Of a stretch of 59,746 nt of DNA, positions 26,493 to 38,963 are shown one piece after another; the first letter of the stretch is position 1; each line of letters opens with the position of its first letter. Both the position numbers and the translations under genes were made by a program. Source of the DNA: Octopus bimaculoides (lineage: Eukaryota); the NCBI RefSeq assembly GCF_001194135.2, contig NC_068989.1, positions 85,400,606 to 85,460,351 on the forward strand, in the 5' to 3' direction. Under the pieces are notes generated by a model. The model saw only the letters and a list, made by a program, of their open reading frames with translations, was not told the origin of the DNA and searched no databases.

Positions 26493-26833
26493 CGTCTATA
26501 TTGCTTTATATTCTGAAGGTTGAGAAGACAGCTTCGAATAAAGGATTAGAGGTCTGTTATAGGTAATGGACTACTTTTTTTCCTCATTTGTAAATTTAAA
26601 CATGTATGTGTGTGTGTGTGTATATGCATGTGTATTGTATAGATATGTGCGTATGTGCATGCATATGTGTGTGTGAGTGAGTGTGAACAATGAAATTTCA
26701 AATGTGGAGAATGTCAACTGATGTCTGACAAATACTCAACAAGACTGAGTGTCCTTAAAACTACAGCAACATGGACAAGGATTCTATAATTGTCATATAT
26801 ATATATATATATATATATACACAATTATAGAAT

Positions 26834-26867
<34 letters not shown>

Positions 26868-27932
26868 NNNNNNNNNNNNNNNNNNNNNNNNNNNNNNNNN
26901 NNNNNNNNNNNNNNNNNNNNNNNNNNNNNNNNNNNNNNNNNNNNNNNNNNNTTATATAACAATTATAGAATCCTTATATATATATATATATGGCATACAT
27001 AAATATAATGAGCTAAAGGAAGTTAAGTGGATCAATGGCATAGATTTTAAAAAATAAGTTCAAGGTGATGTATTAAAAGACATATGCAAAAAAAAAAAAA
27101 TCAATTAATCGAAATTTCTCTCCCTCAGTTGGAGAAAGAAATTGAAAACCTAGAGGCAATTTTTAGCAACTCTGAAAGAAAAGGGGAGATAATTTCATGT
27201 AATTAAGAATTAATTTTCACAAAATTAATTCACATTTGGAGAAAAAAAATTCTGATCTTTGTTTCTCAACAAATTTCGAAATTTTTTTTTTTTTTTTCTG
27301 TAAATGCCATTTAGTGTATAGACTCTTAACTTATATGGAATGCATGTTACTTGAAGAATTTCTCTGCAATTTGGAGAAGAAAAAAAAAGGAAAATAAATA
27401 ATCAATGTACTGTCAGACGTCAATGAAAGCTACATCTAGTACTACGGTTGTTCCCACTAATATAGAGGTGGTCATCCTTCTTAGCTACCCCAGCAACCAA
27501 CTAACCAACAAATAGAATTTCTGGCTTGCATGTTGATCTTTGTTGGAAATTGAAACCAGAACAACAGCATGCCTGTTAGATGACGTAAAATAACTTAATA
27601 AGAAGTATTCCACCTATGTTACAACCCTACACACACTTGGTTAAACACATTGGTCCCCTATCTTTAATGAAAACTCTACAATTAGTTGAAATGTAGCACT
27701 AGGGGAAGAAAGGAAACAAACTGTGTTTTTGCAAAAATGGATCAAAGTCTTGGTAAATTTCAAGAGTTTTTAGAAACTCTTCAAATAGCAAAGGTTTAAA
27801 AAGTTAAATGACCACTAGTTCTCTTTAAATTAAACTACATTAGGCTAAAATTTCAAACACATCAAAGCTCGTTCCACTCTAATACTAACCTCACTTGCTT
27901 CTTGTCAATAAAGACCCTCCTTTCAAAACTAT

Positions 27933-30254
27933 TTAGTTGTCTTTCCTACCCTTTTTATCTTTCTTTTTCCAAGATTTGAAATGATCAAACAGCTTCTTTG
28001 ATCCATGAGCCTTCTTGGTTTTATGTTCCTGAGGGTGAGGCTGAGAACCATCATCCCCAAATGGTGATCCAGGATCAGATAGATCAGAACTTAATCTGTT
28101 CCTAGAGTCTGACAAACTGCTCTGTGATGGGGACCTTAAGAAGTCAGACTCGGTCGTACCCTCAAGTACTACAGGAACTTCCTGAGGCTTCTCAACCGGT
28201 GCTTCATGTATTGGGGAGGGTGCAGAGTCGAGGATTTCAAACAAATCGTCATCAGTGTATTTCAGCAGACCACCACCCTCTTCTTCCTCATCTTCCTCAA
28301 ATTCTAAATTTGAAACTGTTGCTTCCTGAATTATATCCAGCTTTTTGTTAGAAACGGGATATGCTGGAGGTTTATCGAATGTGACTCCAGGGGAAAACTT
28401 GAGAGTCTCTGGAGATAGAGAAGCATTAAAGACCTCATCTTGTTCAGTGTACTGTTCAATCCTAGAATGAAAAGCAACATCAACTGGTTCAGGTTCAATG
28501 GAAACCTCAGATATATCCATTTGATGACTTTCAATATCTCCTATACTAACAGAATCTCTGAGCTCCCCACCCTCAACAGAAATTCTATCACAAAATCTTT
28601 TGTCTTCCCTATCGTCTCCTCTTAAATCATCAAAAGTTATATCTGCATTTTCACATGCAGCCACAGTAGTGGCTTCACCTAGACTATCTCTGATGTTAAC
28701 CCCACTCACCAAGGAGCTACTTTCCTCTACAGCTGCTGCTAAACCTGACCCTTCCATTAACAGATCTGGCTGTTGCTCTGAACACTGTGGTTCTTTATTT
28801 TCCATCTCAGAGATTTTGTCATGGTTAGCTTCATTTGGATGATTGTTAGAGAGAACAGAAGCATCTGAACTCAAGTCATTAAAATTATTGTTATCATTAT
28901 TTGCATTATTATTATGGTCGTCATTATCAGAAATTAAGGGCTCACCACCAATATAAGTCTCATACGGATTGACACTAAATGTAGGCTTTTGGGTGTCAAC
29001 AGAGTCAGGAGTTATTGATTCCTGCAAACTAGGCTTACTGATTGAAGAAACAGCTGAATCTCCACTTATAGCTGTCTCATAATTCATACTTTCAGGCAGA
29101 TGTTTGTCAGAAGTTAACAACTGATCAGTGTTTGTATCTGATACTGATTTATACACATAACCAGTTTTTATCTTACCTGAAGCAGTAAGAGCAGACAGCT
29201 TGTCAACCTGTTCAAAGTCACTGGACTCTTCTTCAAGAGACTTATCTAAAATAATATTATCATCATCTTTGAGATACTCAATATCAGTACTCTGTCCATC
29301 TTCATCAAGGTCTTTGTAAGTAGCATAAGATGGCAGGAAATCTACGCTCTCTTCATCACTCTCCGCCTGTTCTGCTTGAGTCTCACTCTGAATATCTGTG
29401 CTAAGCAAAGCAGGGTTACAGTTTTCATCAAGGTATGTTTCAGCTGCAATGGAACTATTATTGTCATCAGTCGAAGTGTTTTTCTGATCAACAACACTTG
29501 GTGTGCCTGTGTCAAAAACAAGAGGAGCTTCTTCTGGCTCTGGATCAACACTGCTCACACGTAAGTCACTGTATAAAATGTCAGAGGACAAGGAGTCAGC
29601 AGAAACAATACTGTTATCAACTGATTCCCCTTCATCAACAGAACTCTCAAATATTACTGGCACACTTCGACTGGGAGAAGAAACGGATCCTCTCTCCGAC
29701 ATGTTAATAGCATCAAAGAATTCATCTTCCTCCTCACTAATCGAGGTTGATGTGACATCAAACTCTTTAACTGGTGACCTACCATTGCTTGATTGAGAGG
29801 AAGGCTTATGACATACATAAAGACCTGGGGAGCTAGTGATAGTGTTGCAGATATCAACAGAACTACCAGTGCTGTATAAGCCAGCCATATTGGGTGCTAC
29901 AGACTTTTTCGTCATAGGAACAAATCTATCCCTACTTTGTTTCTGTTCTGAGCCTATTGAATCTAAATTAACCTGGACACCAACACTACAGTAGTTAGGT
30001 CTGGCTATAGTAACACTGGGTAACATATCAACTGTCTCAGTCAGTTTAGCACTAATTTCTGTTGCAGCCTTTATGTTGTCTGACACAGATTGATGGGAGA
30101 GATTACGAGTACCTAACGACGAGTCCACATCATGTGACAATTTGGAGTCGATGTCCAATGATGGAATTCCAGCTGATAGTGGGCCGTTTGGTGATGACAT
30201 CTTTACCAAAGACCAAACACCTTCCTCTGAGATGACAATAGCCAGACCATTTTC
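27933..30254 (-). CDS. LRRFIP2: LRRFIP long terminal exon, 773 aa, acidic/Ser-rich and probably disordered, with a basic C-terminus
   Basis: Uninterrupted ORF 27933-30281. Acceptor tttttggcag at 30255-30256, then ENGLAIV, similar to the KHGLVI segment that ends the LRRFIP coiled coil. Stop TAA at 27933-27935. Confidence 0.88.
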   Translation of the reverse strand, partial: ENGLAIVISEEGVWSLVKMSSPNGPLSAGIPSLDIDSKLSHDVDSSLGTRNLSHQSVSDNIKAATEISAKLTETVDMLPSVTIARPNYCSVGVQVNLDSIGSEQKQSRDRFVPMTKKSVAPNMAGLYSTGSSVDICNTITSSPGLYVCHKPSSQSSNGRSPVKEFDVTSTSISEEEDEFFDAINMSERGSVSSPSRSVPVIFESSVDEGESVDNSIVSADSLSSDILYSDLRVSSVDPEPEEAPLVFDTGTPSVVDQKNTSTDDNNSSIAAETYLDENCNPALLSTDIQSETQAEQAESDEESVDFLPSYATYKDLDEDGQSTDIEYLKDDDNIILDKSLEEESSDFEQVDKLSALTASGKIKTGYVYKSVSDTNTDQLLTSDKHLPESMNYETAISGDSAVSSISKPSLQESITPDSVDTQKPTFSVNPYETYIGGEPLISDNDDHNNNANNDNNNFNDLSSDASVLSNNHPNEANHDKISEMENKEPQCSEQQPDLLMEGSGLAAAVEESSSLVSGVNIRDSLGEATTVAACENADITFDDLRGDDREDKRFCDRISVEGGELRDSVSIGDIESHQMDISEVSIEPEPVDVAFHSRIEQYTEQDEVFNASLSPETLKFSPGVTFDKPPAYPVSNKKLDIIQEATVSNLEFEEDEEEEGGGLLKYTDDDLFEILDSAPSPIHEAPVEKPQEVPVVLEGTTESDFLRSPSQSSLSDSRNRLSSDLSDPGSPFGDDGSQPHPQEHKTKKAHGSKKLFDHFKSWKKKDKKGRKDN

Positions 30255-31625
30255 CTGCCAAAAAGATAAAGAACAAAACAATCAAAAGAGATATTCACAA
30301 GAACAATTGTAGGAAATACAAATGAAAGCATAAAGGGGAAAAGAAACGGTCAAATAGGCATGTAGGATATTTGAGAACTAACTTTGGTGAGTTGAAAATG
30401 AAAAGCAACATAATGTAGTGTTATATGGCATGGAGAAAATTTTTACTTCTATCCTTTTCAGACAAACTGACAGTCATCAACATGGCGAATCCTAGCCATC
30501 AACCACAACAGTTCAAGGATAAACAGCTTTCTGAATGTGGTTGGATTGCTTGTGTTTAAGAAAGAACTGGAAGCCCCTCCCCTGGTGAGGACTTCATCCT
30601 TGGCCAAGACAAAGAAATATTGTCGGGTCTTGGAGTCAGACATCATAAAAATGGTAAAGGTTGTTCAGCAGGACCCTGCAGATCAATGATGGCCATCACC
30701 CATGACACTCAAGTAAATGGAGTTCATTATTAGACAAGCAGTCAATGAAGACATCATGTACAGGTCCTATGTGAGGAAGAGACAAGAGTTTGTGTCTGGC
30801 GCGGGTGAACTATGTGATCACGTAACCTTCGACATCATGTGACCTTTGACATCATGTGACATTATAGCTCTTCTGAATTAAACTCCCTGAATGATGCATC
30901 TGAGGTATCGTTCAAGGAGGCAGCCCTTAGTGTGTGTGTGTGTGTGAGAGAGAGAGAGTGCAGGGGGTCACCTAATTTTGATATGTAATTGCTTTCAGAA
31001 TCACATCAGGGAGTCATCCTTAGGATTTAAGGCACAATGGCCTGTTTCTTTGAGATATGAATGTGTCTGTGATTTTTGAGACTATGTTGTTGTTTTCAGT
31101 TTAATGCCTGAAGCTTGAGACAAAACATCAGAGTTAAAGCCTCAAAAAATAAACAGGATGAAATATATTGAGGAATTTTTGGTGCAAACAGTGATGATCA
31201 TGTTTTATTTGAGATCACACTGTACTCTAGTAAAGAGAGTAAGGTAATCTCAACATGGGTACTCAGCTTGTCAGAAATAGCAGCCAAATCTACTTCAAAT
31301 CACACTCTACCATCTTTAAAAGAGAAAGAACAGATTAGATCATTTAGTTCTAGAGACACTACATCTGAAGAATAGGACATGAAGAAATGACTATAGGTCC
31401 ACTAGACTAGGGGTGGTGGTGGTGGTGATGCTGCTAAGCAACAGTGAGAATAAATAAAAACAAATGACATCCTCTAGAATCCGCAGATGCTGGAAGAAAA
31501 AGGAGAAGGAAAATTAACTTACGCGAATAACCTTATCTCTTTCTTCAAGTTGGTATTTGGCAGTTTTACATTCATTTTCTAAATCTTGATATGACCGTTT
31601 TTTGGACTCAAGTTCCTGGAAAATA

Positions 31626-31693
<68 letters not shown>

Positions 31694-31713
31694 NNNNNNN
31701 NNNAGAAAGAGAA

Positions 31714-31760
<47 letters not shown>

Positions 31761-34687
31761 GAAGAAAAAGAGATTAGTAAGTATGTCAATATGATATAAA
31801 ATTACCTCCATAGTTAAGTAGGTACCAGTAGCATACTAGGCATGAAAAAAGATGAGACTTACGAGCACCAGGGACTAGAGTGCATATATGGCTGCTCCAA
31901 ATACCTGGGAATATTCTACAATATTATACATAATTCTACATCGTTAATTCACAATGAGGAAGAGGTTAATATTTAGCCATCCTCCTTTTCTTAACTGTGA
32001 TGTAGTGCATATCATTATCACCACCATTTTAACATAGGTTTTTCCAGGCTTTCATGATTTGGATGGAGTTTACAAAGGCAGATTTTCTGCAACCAGATGC
32101 TCTTCCTGTCACTAACTCTCATCTGTTTCCAAGCAAGGTAATATTTCTCCATGGCCAGACCATTTTCTCATAAATTATTGGAAATGACTGGCACAGCCTG
32201 TATGACAATGACAATCATTTTACAACCATCATGTGATGTTAACCAAAGAGACAATCCCCCCACACACACATACGCACGCACGACATGTTTCTTTCAGGCT
32301 TTATTTAACCAAACCTACTAACAAGGCTTTGGTTGGCCTGGGGTTATAGTAGAAGATATTTACCTAAGGTGCCATGCAGTGGGACTGAACCCAGAACCAT
32401 GTAGTTGGGGAGCAAGCTCACCATATAGTCAAGACATTACATGATTAAGATAACACTTAGCTAGGACAACACCACTAATACCCATTGCACTAAGATGTCA
32501 GGTAACTAAGACATCATAAAGTTAAGATATCATTAATATATAATGTAAGGGAAGATAAATTTGTTAAGTTGTATCAACTCCCTATATGATGGGTTGGGAA
32601 TGAAAGAGGAGTAATGTGTTGTGTTCACACTCAGGTTTAACTAGCAGTCAAATCTCTTTCAAAATACATCCTATTGTCTTAAAAAAGGAAGGGCACTTTA
32701 GATAATATAGTGCAAGAGTTCTTGATGAAACTGAAAAAAAAAGATAGTAATGTCTCGAATAACTTTATAGGTCTGCTCAGTCAGAGCCAGCCTAAGGCTA
32801 AATAAACACCCTTCACACACAAATATGCATGCCAATTTATATGGTTTTTACCATTAAAATAATTTAATTATACATTAACCAATGTTTTACAGGGCACTTT
32901 AAGATTTCTTTTGTTTCAATATTTTACATGAATAGGAAGAATATAATAGAAGCAACAATGTTTTTGTGAAGTGACCTTCATGTAACCAAGGGAATTGTTT
33001 GTTATTTGCCATTTTCACCAAGCAGACAGAAAAGTGTTCCTCAATCAGGAATTAACCTTACAAAGAGGAAACCAAAATTTGGCCTCTCATTGCATTGCAG
33101 AGAATTCAACCAGAGTAGAAATATTCATTCCACAGAAACATTTGCTCTATTCTTGTTCAGGAATTCTGAGAAAGACTCGTTTTAGTTGAATGAAACATCA
33201 AATTGCTGTATCTCTATTCTACCATGAGAGGTAGGTTGATTTCATTTTTTTCATTTTTACTTCAGTCAATTACTTTTTACATCACACATGTAACACAAGA
33301 ACTTTATTTCAAGAACATGTGTATAATGCTAGTACTTCAAAATTGGTGTAATGGTCTAAATGAACTGCTGTACAATTCAAACTTGTAATTGTGAACCTTT
33401 GGAAGTGAACTCATTGCTTTAGAGTAGCACTTCTGTCAGAGGAGATAATACTTCCAGTCACGTACAAGAAATAAGAGACCTGACATAGTTAATTTATTGC
33501 TTTTTTATCTGTGTGTATGCAGTTTTACAGTTGAATAAGCTTCTTCCTACAGCTAACCACTCTTCTGTGACATAGAAAGAGAGGTGATACCTATGGGTTT
33601 GTATCACTGAGGAAGAGTTAAATCACACAGTCATAACAAGCCATGAAGGATGCCTCAACATCAGTAATTTTCAACTATTTTTTACCTATGGACCCCTTTG
33701 ATTACTATTTTACTCTGGTGGACCCCTAAATTAGCTTTATAGATACATCTTGCAAACAGAAGTGTTTTGTTCAAGAATACAACACATCGCCCAGGAATTG
33801 AACCCATGATCTAGCAATCATGAGTGCAATACCCTAACCACTAGGCAACAAGCCTTCACAGCAGTGGTCATTCTTTTATTTTGTATATCTTGAATTATAC
33901 TGTGCAAAGTGTCCCTCATTTCTGAAAGCGGTATGACACAATTTAAGAGAATTTGGCTGCAATTTTGAGCAGATCAAACAACCACTTAGTCTCTCCCTCT
34001 TTCAGAACAACAAAAGTGGTAAGTGTGAAGGTTACTTATTTCTAACACTTATGGATGATTATAACTGATAAACCACTGACCGAAGCCTGCGGGAGGAGAC
34101 CCTGTTATCTCCAACTATGTCTACACAAAATGCAGGCTACTACACAAAACATGTGGCTTTTAACTCAGCAAAAACATGTTGCCACATGGAAATGGAGCAC
34201 TTAATAAACTTACTTTACATTTATCCTTAAACTGACGTTGATATTCAATGACTTCTTCCTCCTGTTCTTCCACCTGATCCTTAAGGAGATCAACTTCATA
34301 AACAAGGGCCTGCTTCTCATTATGGAGTTGGGCTGAACCCACCATAGCTTTTTTGTACTTATCTTCTAATTCATTCAGCTGTGACTGTAATAACAGAGAG
34401 ACAAAGAAAGAGATGAAATATAAAAAATACAAATTATATATGCATACCTACAATAGATATATTATAATAATATAAATAATATATATATATGTGTATATAC
34501 ATACGTATATGTACATACATACATCTATACATATATACATGCATATGTGGGCACAGGACATCATGAAATGTGTACAACAAAAAAATACGAAGTACGAGTA
34601 CATGGCATATGAACTATTTTTTCAAACAACGAAAGACACAAATGGAAAACAAGACAAACAGCATAAAGAACGACCTTTCATCAGTTG

Positions 34688-34720
<33 letters not shown>

Positions 34721-34769
34721 NNNNNNNNNNNNNNNNNNNNNNNNNNNNNNNNNNNNNNNNNNNNNNNNN

Positions 34770-34804
<35 letters not shown>

Positions 34805-34828
34805 ATATATATCTATATATATATATAG

Positions 34829-34860
<32 letters not shown>

Positions 34861-35244
34861 GCATAAACTTACAAATCCAAATACACACATATATAAATAT
34901 ATCATCATCATGATACATATATACACAGACAAACACACACATATACATACAGATGTACATACATATACATACATTTACATAAATGCACATACAAATAAAT
35001 ATACACATACACACACAAACAAATATATATTCATAAATATATTTCAATATTTCACTTAGGCACAGCAACACTAATCACCTGGTACTAGAACTCAATATAC
35101 ATAGGTTTCAGAATAAAGTGCTAGTCAAAGACAGAGTGTAATAGGAAATTAGATAAATGATAAAGAACAGATTATGCAATGAACTTCATTTGCATAATCT
35201 CCTGTTCCTTCATTTATATTAAATTACATAAACACACACATACA

Positions 35245-35290
<46 letters not shown>

Positions 35291-38200
35291 NNNNNNNNNN
35301 NNNNNNNNNNNNNNNNNNNNNNNNNNNNNNNNNNNNNNNNNNNNNNNNNNNNNNNNNNNNNNNNNNNNNNNNNNNNNNNNNNNNNNNNNNNNNNNNNNNN
35401 NNNNNNNNNNNNNNNNNNNNNNNNNNNNNNNNNNNNNNNNNNNNNNNNNNNNNNNNNNNNNNNNNNNNNNNNNNNNNNNNNNNNNNNNNNNNNNNNNNNN
35501 NNNNNNNNNNNNNNNNNNNNNNNNNNNNNNNNNNNNNNNNNNNNNNNNNNNNNNNNNNNNNNNNNNNNNNNNNNNNNNNNNNNNNNNNNNNNNNNNNNNN
35601 NNNNNNNNNNNNNNNNNNNNNNNNNNNNNNNNNNNNNNNNNNNNNNNNNNNNNNNNNNNNNNNNNNNNNNNNNNNNNNNNNNNNNNNNNNNNNNNNNNNN
35701 NNNNNNNNNNNNNNNNNNNNNNNNNNNNNNNNNNNNNNNNNNNNNNNNNNNNNNNNNNNNNNNNNNNNNNNNNNNNNNNNNNNNNNNNNNNNNNNNNNNN
35801 NNNNNNNNNNNNNNNNNNNNNNNNNNNNNNNNNNNNNNNNNNNNNNNNNNNNNNNNNNNNNNNNNNNNNNNNNNNNNNNNNNNNNNNNNNNNNNNNNNNN
35901 NNNNNNNNNNNNNNNNNNNNNNNNNNNNNNNNNNNNTATATATATATATATATATATATATATTTTTAAACAGCAAAAAAACTCTAAGCTTTGAATCACT
36001 TTTGTGACTTTCTGCTGCTTAAAAAAATAAGGAAGTACGTACACAAAAACATATATATTATAAATTGTATACCACTCCTTAATGCCTGACATGCTGAAAT
36101 TAGTAACTGCAACTTTAATTAATTATTTACTGCAAAGTTTTTCAGCATGAAAGTGTTTCACTGTGTATTTCCCAGGTACAAAAAGTTCAAACATTGCTTA
36201 TTTTATTGTTTACAACATCCCAATATATTGAACATCACACTGATACAGCAGTCAAAATATGGTGTAAATATTTCACAGTTTCAATGTTCTGCACTCACTT
36301 CTCTGGTTCAAATTTCACATACACAAGCTTAAATGAATGCACATCCTATTGGTCAGGCCCACAGTGTTGTATGTCAAATCCTAGTTGACTAAAAATGTCA
36401 ATGGTCATGCTTACTTGAAGCTATTACAGTTTCATTACAGGAAAGAAACCTGAAACCTAAAACGCCAACAGATTTTTCTTTAGTTTTCATTTCAGAATAA
36501 AGAGCAGAACTTAGTAAATTTCAGAGAAACGTATCAAAAAAACATGTTGGGCTTCTTGGAAACATAGCTTTATATATGTTCTTTTCCCATATATGCCTTG
36601 TTTTATCTTTTACTCATTTCGGTCATCAAACTGCAGCCATGCTGGGGCATTTTAGCCAAACAAATCAACCCCTGTACTTTAAAAAAATTTTTTTAAAGCC
36701 TGGTACTTATTCTACCTGGCTCTTTTGCTGAACCGCTAAGTTACAGAGACTTAAACAGACCAACACTGGTTTTCAAGTAGTGGTGGGGGTCAAACACACA
36801 CACACACACACACATATATATATGTACATAATGTACACAACAGGCTTCTTTCAGTATCTATCTAAGAAATCCACTCACAAGGCTTCGATCAAGCCAAGGC
36901 TATAGTAAAAAGTACCATATATNNNNNNNNNNNNNNNNNNNNNNNNNNNNNNNNNNNNNNNNNNNNNNNNNNNNNNNNNNNNNNNNNNNNNNNNNNNNNN
37001 NNNNNNNNNNNNNNNNNNNNNNNNNNNNNNNNNNNNNNNNNNNNNNNNNNNNNNNNNNNNNNNNNNNNNNNNNNNNNNNNNNNNNNNNNNNNNNNNNNNN
37101 NNNNNNNNNNNNNNNNNNNNNNNNNNNNNNNNNNNNNNNNNNNNNNNNNNNNNNNNNNNNNNNNNNNNNNNNNNNNNNNNNNNNNNNNNNNNNNNNNNNN
37201 NNNNNNNNNNNNNNNNNNNNNNNNNNNNNNNNNNNNNNNNNNNNNNNNNNNNNNNNNNNNNNNNNNNNNNNNNNNNNNNNNNNNNNNNNNNNNNNNNNNN
37301 NNNNNNNNNNNNNNNNNNNNNNNNNNNNNNNNNNNNNNNNNNNNNNNNNNNNNNNNNNNNNNNNNNNNTATATATATATATATATATATATATGCATAGT
37401 GCATGAGAGAGAGAGATCTAGTAAGCATGTGTAGTATATAAAAGAGGACGTGTGTATGCATACACACGTACATGACAGTGATAGGAACTGACTCATACTG
37501 TGACAATCCATGCTAATGTGTATTGGGTGGAGACATATTTGAGATAGAACTTTATAGCTGCAGCTCTTCCTGTTACCAACCTTTCAAGGAAAGGATGATT
37601 TTATGCCATAAAACCATTTCTCATCACCAGTCACTATTCGGTCCAAAAAAAGACTCATTCATGAGACATGACAGCAAAGAAGAGCACACGTTCACTCTCT
37701 GCACGCGATTAGACTCGGAAACCCATTGACCGAATTTGACTCGGAAAACCATTTAATCCAATTAGACTTGAAAACCCATTGACCCAATTTGCTGACTTTC
37801 TGATGGCACACAGATGTTGACGAATGGTTGAATAACGAAATCCAAGCTAATTCCTCAACTGTTACAATGGAATTTTGTTCCACCAGGGTTTGCAGGACGT
37901 CCTCATCAAGCTCTAAGGATCTTCCAGGACAAGGGTCATCTTCTAGGCTGTAGTTTCTGGCTCAGAATTTCTAAAACAACTGTTGACACTGGCTTACACT
38001 TATTGTCCGATCCCCATATACTGCATTAATATTCCTCGCACTTTCCATTGCATTGTTGCTTTTATTGAACTCATAAAGCAAAATATGTTGAATATGCTGC
38101 TTTGTCACTTCTATTATAGCTTTGAAAAAATAACAATTAAAATCGAACTGCACTCTTCAAAACTTGCACTAAGAATAAGCATAAGGTAAAATTACTACCA

Positions 38201-38905
38201 GCTTTTACAGCAAATTGATGCAGGTAGTTTATCCTGTCCCTCTCTAACTTTTAGTTCATGCAATTGAAAAAAACGCATTATTTATGGGATGACCCAATAC
38301 ACACACACAATACAAAAATGAACAAACTGGAATTAAACTAACCTTTATTTCACGTGTTCCCTCCTCCGATGAATCGTCGCTTCCCCGTCGGCTGTTTGCA
38401 TGTCTCATGGTGTTCTGTTATTGATAAACAGTATTACGGTTAGATGGTGAGTGAAGACACTTATAAAACACTACAGGACAAATGCTTGTGTTTATTACAA
38501 CCGACGTGCACAATCATCCTGGTCACTCACTGATTAGGCATTCCTTTCATAATAATTACTATCAGCATAAAGCTAAAACAAGCACAGAGATAACAAATTA
38601 TAGTAGTCATTAACGGAAATAAACACCTCAATGATGACAAACAAATGTTATGGGTGTAACATTACAATACTGATAATAATATCTACACCATTCGCACCGG
38701 TTCTGCTTCCAATAAACAGGTAGCAACACTGGTAATGTCACATCATAATGAAATGTGAAGGCCTAGAAATGATTATGGATTTGAGAAAGCAAACTGCAAA
38801 TCATCACTGTCATTACCAGCATCGTTGTTTAACATTCATTTTTGTTCACTGGCATGGGTTGGACATTTTGACAGGAGTTGGTGAACAAGATGACTACACC
38901 ATTTG

Positions 38906-38963
<58 letters not shown>

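Noticed and set aside
28124-29857. Short overlapping ORFs on both strands inside the long LRRFIP exon
   Set aside because: Shadow frames of the real coding exon, with no independent motifs.
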